A DNA stretch of 64,000 nt from Nitrososphaeria archaeon. Its GTDB lineage: Archaea; Thermoproteota; Nitrososphaeria; Conexivisphaerales; UBA164. This document shows positions 58,687 to 64,000 of this stretch, one piece after another. The notes below the pieces were generated by a model. The model worked only from the letters and a program-made list of their open reading frames with translations, searched no databases and had not been told where the DNA came from. A program made the translations under genes and the position numbers. How positions within the stretch are numbered: the stretch's first letter is position 1; each line of letters begins with the position of its first letter. The stretch is taken from contig JBMFIC010000002.1 of the NCBI GenBank assembly GCA_049976505.1, positions 21,765 through 85,764 of the forward strand, read 5' to 3'.

Positions 58687-58750
58687 AGGTTGATGAATAG
58701 GATATACAAGCCCAGTCGAATGGCTCGTCTTACGACGGGCGGACTGACCT
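58687..58750 (+). ncRNA. candidate C/D box sRNA (D guide complementary to the 16S decoding centre)
   Basis: C box UGAUGA at 58691-58696 and D box CUGA at 58744-58747. The terminal stem is AGG (58687-58689) with CCU (58748-58750). The guide GACGGGCGG (58734-58742) is the reverse complement of the universal CCGCCCGUC. Internal D' and C' boxes are not canonical. Confidence 0.5.
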
Positions 58751-58785
58751 GCAAGGGATGAAGATAGGAGATGAGCCAGACGAAT

Positions 58786-58857
58786 GGGCCGGTAGTTCAG
58801 GGGTAGAACGCCCGCCTTGCACGCGGGAGGTCGGGGGTTCGAGTCCCCCCCGGTCCA
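58786..58857 (+). tRNA. tRNA-Ala (anticodon UGC)
   Basis: Identical to the tRNA at 15541-15612 except C34 to T34 (anticodon loop CTTGCAC). G3:U70 is present. Confidence 0.9.
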
Positions 58858-58872
58858 CTTGGTGATTTTGAG

Positions 58873-59286
58873 ATGAAAATAAGGGAGCTTGACTACATGG
58901 GCGATGCGTACATTGAAGTTATTGGAGCTGACATATCAGAGTGCTTTAAAGGGGCCGCTGTTGGTCTCTTAAGACTAATCTATAACGTGAAAAAGGTGAA
59001 TCCTAAGAATAAGCTGAAGGTTGAGCTTGAGGGCACAGATCTGCAGAACCTGCTGTACAGATGGCTTGAGTTCCTTATAATAAAGATATCAGCTGAAAGA
59101 ATCGCATTCGGCGAAATAAACGTGAAGGTTGACCCTGAAGCATACCTGCTTTCGGCAGAGCTTGGATGGGAGCCATACTCGCCTAAGAAGCACGGATTCA
59201 GAACCGAAGTGAAGGGGATAACCTATCATCTGATGGAGATACAAATTGACAAAAGATGCAGGCTTAGATATCTGGCAGACCTCTGA
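58873..59286 (+). CDS. archease
   Basis: YMGDAYIEVIGADISECFKGAA... and the C-terminal VKGITYHLMEI match the archease N- and C-terminal signatures. Confidence 0.7.
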   Translation: MKIRELDYMGDAYIEVIGADISECFKGAAVGLLRLIYNVKKVNPKNKLKVELEGTDLQNLLYRWLEFLIIKISAERIAFGEINVKVDPEAYLLSAELGWEPYSPKKHGFRTEVKGITYHLMEIQIDKRCRLRYLADL

Positions 59287-59543
59287 TGAGCGCCGATAAG
59301 ATAAAGGAATTGTTTCTTTTGGCTCTAAACGAGAGGGATAAGAGGAAATTATACACGGACGTCGAGCTTCTTATATTTCTCATCAAAACGCAACATAACC
59401 TGGAGATTCCGTTTTCAAGGGAACACGGCGGCTCCATTGAGAGGGCCCTTAGGCTGTACGAAATGGGGAACTACGAGGAGTGCGTAAGGGAGTTAAGAAA
59501 GGTCAAGCATGACATCATCAGATCTGCCAGAAGGGGCTTGTGA
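59286..59543 (+). CDS. hypothetical protein (85 aa)
   Basis: The ATG overlaps the archease stop (TGATG). Helical and charged. No motif. Confidence 0.4.
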   Translation: MSADKIKELFLLALNERDKRKLYTDVELLIFLIKTQHNLEIPFSREHGGSIERALRLYEMGNYEECVRELRKVKHDIIRSARRGL

Positions 59544-60507
59544 GCTTTATTCCATCGAGAGCTTTAAGCAGGATGTCGTTCTCGTTGCGTTTACGGACTG
59601 AGAACCTAATCATATTGTTAAGTCCGAAACTTCTGCATCCTCTAACCAGTATCCCATTTGACTTCAGGAGAGCCAGAACCCGATCCTCGTCCTCAACGCT
59701 GGCTAAGAAGTAGTTCGCGTCCGATCTCAGCCCAAGCTTCTTTTCGAGCCTTCTCTTTTCCTTCATAACTTTTGGTATTGTTTTGTCGAGGAACCGTTCT
59801 CCTTCCTTCAATATGCCCTCCAGTGCCGAACATCCGTAGGCGCCTATGCCCCAGGGCATCCTGAACTCCTTCATAGAATCAAGGATTTCATGGGGCCCAT
59901 AAGCAAAACCTATCCTGATGCCAGGTATTCCATAGGCCTTTGTGAAGCTTCTCAGACCAACCACATTCTCGCTCTCAATGAAGCTCCTGTAGTGAGCCGT
60001 GAAGTAGATAAATGATTCGTCAACAAACAGGTGAGAGCCAACCGATCTTAGCTCTTCGCCGAGCTCTCTCACGTACCCATAATAGATTCCAGTTGGGTTG
60101 TCAGGATTTACAAGAAAGTATGCGGCGTTCCTGATTATGGGGAAGTCATCCAGCTCCGGAACAAGCTTATCGATAAGGATCGTCTCCTTATTAAATAGAT
60201 GAGCAAGCCTTGCAAGCTCGGAATAAGTGTGCTTTAGCATTACCACCTTTTGCACGCCCTTCAGTGAGTAGAAGGACATGTAAAGAAGCTCGGTCGCGCC
60301 AGCTCCAACAAGAACTCCGGAGCGCCTGAGACCCATTTTTTCGCTGATCATTTTTTCAAACCTCTCCTCGCAGTATGGGTAGCGCTGGATCTCCGCTCTC
60401 TTGAGGTACTTCTTAAGAAAATCAGGATAATATGGGTTCACTGACTGCGAGAAATCAATAAGGTTCCTTTCGTTCTCTCTAGCACCACCGTGGTAAATCG
60501 AGCACAT
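59518..60507 (-). CDS. cobD: class I/II aminotransferase-fold enzyme, probably L-threonine-O-3-phosphate decarboxylase
   Basis: HGG...IDFSQSVNP N-terminus, NPDNPTG, SFTKAYGIPGIRIG (PLP Lys). Context with cbiB, cobY and cobS. Confidence 0.65.
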   Translation of the reverse strand: MCSIYHGGARENERNLIDFSQSVNPYYPDFLKKYLKRAEIQRYPYCEERFEKMISEKMGLRRSGVLVGAGATELLYMSFYSLKGVQKVVMLKHTYSELARLAHLFNKETILIDKLVPELDDFPIIRNAAYFLVNPDNPTGIYYGYVRELGEELRSVGSHLFVDESFIYFTAHYRSFIESENVVGLRSFTKAYGIPGIRIGFAYGPHEILDSMKEFRMPWGIGAYGCSALEGILKEGERFLDKTIPKVMKEKRRLEKKLGLRSDANYFLASVEDEDRVLALLKSNGILVRGCRSFGLNNMIRFSVRKRNENDILLKALDGIKLTSPFWQI

Positions 60508-61372
60508 AGGAAATTATTAAAGCTGAGAATATAAAAGAATAAATAACGAGGAGGAGCAGCTTGGCCCCTTTTTCCACCTCTTCTCTGGAAGGCAGGCTGC
60601 CATCTCCAATGACGTAGCTCCCTTTTTTCACGAGCCTAACGTTCAGCAGCCTCGCAAAAAGGGCAATTGGATACTTGCCGTTCATCCTTAGCCCCTTTTT
60701 CATTCTGATATGTTTTCTGTATCCTCTGCCGTAGAGAACGTAGAGGATCGCCGCAAACAGCCTGGCAGGAACGTAATTAGCTACATAATCTACTGTAGCG
60801 GCTACCTTTCCGAATCTGATATACCTGTCTGTTTTATGCCCTATTATGCCATCAGCCGTGTTTATTGCCCTGTAGATAAGGATCCCGGGTATGCCAAATA
60901 TCATATAATAAAAAATAGGACTGACCACCGAATCAACTATGTTCTCGGCGCCGCTCTCTATGGCTGCCGAGTAAAGAAATGGCCTAGGAACGTTAACGTC
61001 TCTGCTCACAATTTCAGAAACCCTCCTCCTTAACTCTCTTTCGTCGTCAACTGCACACCCCTTTACTTTCTTTATCAGGAGCCCCGCAGAAAACCCTGAC
61101 TTTAGAAAATAAATGTACAGCAGAGCTCCCACAATGCCAATGCCGGTCGCTCTGCAGACGAGGATCCCTAGAACAAACGCAGCCAAATAGGCTGCGAGCG
61201 CTGCAAAACCACCCGCTAGCGTGTCCAAGGCGCTGTTTTTCCTTTTATAGATCCTGTCAAATAAGACCACGATGTTTCCGACCCACACCGTCGGATGCGC
61301 TGCGTTAGGATATTCTACAAAAACGTCGATAATCACTGCAACAAGAAGAAACATCCATTTTCCAGGATACAT
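60479..61372 (-). CDS. cbiB: adenosylcobinamide-phosphate synthase (CbiB/CobD membrane protein)
   Basis: HPTVWVGNIV..., polytopic, with the ...NTADGIIGHKTDRY... motif typical of CbiB. Confidence 0.8.
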   Translation of the reverse strand: MYPGKWMFLLVAVIIDVFVEYPNAAHPTVWVGNIVVLFDRIYKRKNSALDTLAGGFAALAAYLAAFVLGILVCRATGIGIVGALLYIYFLKSGFSAGLLIKKVKGCAVDDERELRRRVSEIVSRDVNVPRPFLYSAAIESGAENIVDSVVSPIFYYMIFGIPGILIYRAINTADGIIGHKTDRYIRFGKVAATVDYVANYVPARLFAAILYVLYGRGYRKHIRMKKGLRMNGKYPIALFARLLNVRLVKKGSYVIGDGSLPSREEVEKGAKLLLLVIYSFIFSALIISYVLDLPRWC

Positions 61373-61866
61373 CTTTTGAACACCTCCAGATCAGACATAA
61401 CGTTGATCGAACGGGCAAGTTCTGGGTCGTCTAACAGCACAATCTCCCCTTCTGGATCCTCTGGAACCACGTAGTTGAGCCCCACCAGCACCGTTCTATC
61501 ATCCTTAACTACTGCTGCCGTGGCGCTTTTCCCTTTGACTGAGCTCAAAAACCTCTTAATATGATCCCTGCGCAGGAAAAAGGTGTCAGCGCTTAATAAA
61601 AGCATGGGCTCACGTAAGGTGTCAAGCAAAAACCTCACGTCGTCAGGATAGCTTGTCCCAGGTGTAACGATAAAGCTGGCTCCCAGGAATTTCAGAAAGC
61701 TGAGCCCATCAACGTGCTCCCTGTCAGTTGCGACTAAAGGCTTTCCAACTACGCTGCTGTACTTTATGTACATTATAAAAGCAAGCGGCAGGCCGCATGC
61801 GCTAAGGGTAAGCTTATCATACCCAAGCCTCCGGCTCTTTCCTCCAGCCATCATAACAGCGCGCAA
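61333..61866 (-). CDS. cobY: MobA-like NTP transferase, probably adenosylcobinamide-phosphate guanylyltransferase
   Basis: MMAGGKSRRLG nucleotide-binding loop, a size of about 180 aa, and a position between cobS and cbiB. Confidence 0.6.
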   Translation of the reverse strand: MRAVMMAGGKSRRLGYDKLTLSACGLPLAFIMYIKYSSVVGKPLVATDREHVDGLSFLKFLGASFIVTPGTSYPDDVRFLLDTLREPMLLLSADTFFLRRDHIKRFLSSVKGKSATAAVVKDDRTVLVGLNYVVPEDPEGEIVLLDDPELARSINVMSDLEVFKRCILENGCFFLLQ

Positions 61867-62576
61867 AGTATCATCATCCCCAGCAGCCTGCCGAGCTCCG
61901 CAGAAGCTCCCAGCACGTCCCCTCCTGAAGATCCAAAGGATCTGACAGCAGCCCTGTAAACAAGATATCCAAACGCAATGCCCACAAAGTTCAGAAGATA
62001 ATACATCCTTACTATCGGCAGAAGGATCAATGACACTAAAAGATAATACATCAGATGGCTTTTCCTGAACTTCCCTCTGAAAAGGCTGCCGAGACCTTCG
62101 TGATAGTTCTCTCCAATGAGCCCCCCTATGATTGAGGCCCTGCCCAGCATGTCTGATACCACAAAGAACATGTAAGCTGCAATAAGGGTTCTGGGATCAA
62201 ACTCGTAAGTTGAGGCGAGCATAAGAGAATAGAAGAAGATGAGCGCAATGACTCCTCCCGCACCTATGTGAGGGTCCTTCATGACCCTCAGCTTCTCACT
62301 CCTATCCCCCTTAGCGAGTAGACCATCAAAGAAATCAGTAAGCCCATCCAAATGCAGTATGCCAGTAACCAAATATATAAGGACTAATGATGCCACCGAA
62401 GCGAACAGGCTTCCGAGGATCCCTTTCAGATAGTACCTAGCTAAGGCGGGCGCAGCACCAACGATTAAAGATACCACGGGAAGCAGGTAAATAGAATCTG
62501 CCGCCCCTTCCACGCTCCCGCTTAAAGGAATCAAGGTAAAAAAAGAAATAACGTCCCTTAGTCCACTTAACTTCAA
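61851..62576 (-). CDS. cobS: adenosylcobinamide-GDP ribazoletransferase (cobalamin synthase)
   Basis: FFTLIP..., HLDGLTDFFDG, polytopic. TTG start 12 nt after the hsp20 stop. Confidence 0.85.
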   Translation of the reverse strand: MKLSGLRDVISFFTLIPLSGSVEGAADSIYLLPVVSLIVGAAPALARYYLKGILGSLFASVASLVLIYLVTGILHLDGLTDFFDGLLAKGDRSEKLRVMKDPHIGAGGVIALIFFYSLMLASTYEFDPRTLIAAYMFFVVSDMLGRASIIGGLIGENYHEGLGSLFRGKFRKSHLMYYLLVSLILLPIVRMYYLLNFVGIAFGYLVYRAAVRSFGSSGGDVLGASAELGRLLGMMILCALL

Positions 62577-62588
62577 TTTAAGCTGCTG

Positions 62589-62960
62589 TCACTGAATCGG
62601 TATGCGAACCTTCTTCTTGAGAGGCAGCGTAACTGTGAGAACCCCGTTCTCGTACTTTGCCTTAGCCTCTCCCTCGGTTTCAACCTTGTCTGGCAGCACT
62701 ACGATCTTTTTTATCTTAAGAGGCCTCTGCTTCCAGTAATAATCAACCCCTTCCTTTTCTTTTCTTTCCGCGGATATGGTAAGGGTGCTTTCGGTTAATG
62801 ATAGTTTTATATCTTCCCTGTTGAACCCGGCAAGATCAGCGACCACTACGATTTCATTTCCCTCCTCGTACACGTCAACTGGAGGCATGATCGCCTCGTA
62901 GATGTCGCGGGATTTTTCGCTTATTTTCCGCGCGATCTCATGAACCGTTTCCTTTATCAT
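62589..62960 (-). CDS. Hsp20/alpha-crystallin small heat-shock protein
   Basis: PPVDVYEEGNEIVVVADLAGFNREDIKLSL...AKYENGVLTVTLPLKK. Confidence 0.9.
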   Translation of the reverse strand: MIKETVHEIARKISEKSRDIYEAIMPPVDVYEEGNEIVVVADLAGFNREDIKLSLTESTLTISAERKEKEGVDYYWKQRPLKIKKIVVLPDKVETEGEAKAKYENGVLTVTLPLKKKVRIPIQ

Positions 62961-63090
62961 AAGATTTTTAGATACTCACATATCTTTAAGCATTTTCTAC
63001 CAATTTACAGAAGCTTAAGTCGACGCCTAACAACGGAGATGAAAAACGGCAAAAAACTTAAATAAGCGCCTGGTGTTTATTAGCTCATTA

Positions 63091-63159
63091 GCCCCCATAA
63101 AGGGGAGTAACCCTCGAGACCTCGGGAACCTCCGCCATTCAGGGCGGGGAGGAGGTCAG
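63091..63159 (-). repeat. 69-nt structured core, copy B, of the inverted paralogous module
   Basis: Reverse complement matches 58083-58150. Its first 21 nt are the last 7 codons (LTSSPP*) of the methyltransferase gene. Confidence 0.85.
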
Positions 63160-63657
63160 TACGTAGCCCAGAAGGCGCTCATAGAACAGCTTTTTCTCCT
63201 TTCTGCTGAAGTAGTACCCAAGCGTATTAATAAAATCCTCCACTTTATGATAGTTTGAAAGAGATGAAAGGATGAACCGTATGGTGCCCCCGCTTTTCAC
63301 AAGCTTTAACGACGCTCTGAGAAAACCCATTGGAAGCTCAATCCCCTCTCTGCCTCCATCGACCGCTACGTCCTCAATCGCCTTCGACGGCAGATAAGGA
63401 GGATTGAATATCACATGATCGAAAGATTCGTACCTGAAGGGAGGCGCCGTGCAGTCCCCAATTACTACATCCAGCGCCTGGCTCGGGCTCTTAGGCCTTT
63501 TAAGATCGCAGCCAACCTTGAATTCAGCGGCTATGTTGGAGAGAACGAAACAGCTCCCGCAGCCCATCTCAAGAACTCTACCACCTGCTATGTCCGATGA
63601 GATGTCCAGCAGCAGGAACGTGTCTTCCGAGGGCCTGTACTCCCCTTTAAAGCTCAT
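63139..63657 (-). CDS. small NPPY-motif methyltransferase (HemK/Mtq2-like)
   Basis: VLEMGCGSC (SAM motif I) and VIFNPPYLP (motif IV). Confidence 0.65.
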   Translation of the reverse strand: MSFKGEYRPSEDTFLLLDISSDIAGGRVLEMGCGSCFVLSNIAAEFKVGCDLKRPKSPSQALDVVIGDCTAPPFRYESFDHVIFNPPYLPSKAIEDVAVDGGREGIELPMGFLRASLKLVKSGGTIRFILSSLSNYHKVEDFINTLGYYFSRKEKKLFYERLLGYVLTSSPP

Positions 63658-64000
63658 CTACAACTCTTGCCTCATCGAGTATCTCCTCAGGGCTAAGCTG
63701 AAAAAGCTTTCTTCCAGGCTTTATAGCTGATGATGAGTTTCTCCTGTTCATAAGAGTAAGCACTTTATTTATCTGCTCGTCTGTCAGCGTGATCGTCGAT
63801 TTCCTTTTTGCGATGAAGAACGTCGCGTGTACTCTTGGCGTAGGAATATATGCATCGCTAGGAATGTCCATGACCTTTACGTGCTCGAAGAGAAGATTGA
63901 ACAGCACGGACACGCCTGTATAGTTTTTGTTGCCTGGGGCACTTGATATCTTCTCGTAGAACTCGGACTGAACGATTGCGTACACCTCCATCACCACGTT
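63647..64000 (-). CDS. ksgA: 16S rRNA dimethyladenosine transferase KsgA/Dim1, C-terminal part (5' end outside window)
   Basis: VQSEFYEKISSAPGNKNYTGVSVLFNLLFEHVKVMDIPSDAYIPTPRVHATFFIAKRK matches the KsgA core and C-domain. The frame is open to the window edge. Confidence 0.75.
   Translation of the reverse strand, partial: NVVMEVYAIVQSEFYEKISSAPGNKNYTGVSVLFNLLFEHVKVMDIPSDAYIPTPRVHATFFIAKRKSTITLTDEQINKVLTLMNRRNSSSAIKPGRKLFQLSPEEILDEARVVDEL

Overview
This is an archaeal chromosome segment. The gene content and order look Thermoplasmata-like, but that is an inference from the families present, not a database hit.

The window has three parts:
- **Core, 1-39.7 kb.** GC is roughly 50% in hand-sampled lines. 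It holds ilvD and a cimA-like gene, an M1 aminopeptidase, and the minus-strand ribosomal-protein cluster uL22 to uL15 followed by secY, adk and a DUF106 gene. It also holds tRNA-Ala(CGC), tRNA-Leu(GAG), MetAP, NAD kinase and a six-gene peptide ABC transporter operon. The remaining genes are an Lrp/AsnC regulator, TFB, a CYTH protein, a thermosome subunit, RNase Z, a cysteine-synthase-like enzyme, an Hsp20 and a PAC2 protein.
- **Variable region, about 39.7-56.75 kb.** It is bracketed and interrupted by three defective copies of one IS4/ISH3-like element. It also carries an IS110 pseudogene, other transposase debris and several decayed metabolic genes. Intact but very AT-rich cargo (about 17-33% GC in sampled lines) includes a divergent nucleotidyltransferase/metallophosphoesterase pair, an APC permease, an orphan ORF and an aldolase-like/Zn-ADH pair.
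- **Core again, 56.8-64 kb.** It holds trm1, aIF5A, tRNA-Ala(UGC), archease, the cobD-cbiB-cobY-cobS salvage cluster, a second Hsp20, an NPPY methyltransferase and ksgA.

I found no rRNA genes and no CRISPR array.

The observations most worth a second look:
1. A candidate C/D box sRNA whose D guide is complementary to the universal 16S decoding-centre sequence.
2. A roughly 155-nt inverted paralogous module upstream of aIF5A and Hsp20, with a 68/69-nt structured core. The two copies flank a 5-kb block.
3. A 121-bp perfect repeat that homogenises the 3' ends of the two adjacent Opp ATPase genes.
4. The architecture of the IS-decayed island, including a 238-bp perfect repeat.
5. An orphan A/V-ATPase H-like/C-like gene pair.

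I did not find a clearly recognisable complete novel multi-gene system. All function calls rest on motif recognition by eye and need a homology search.
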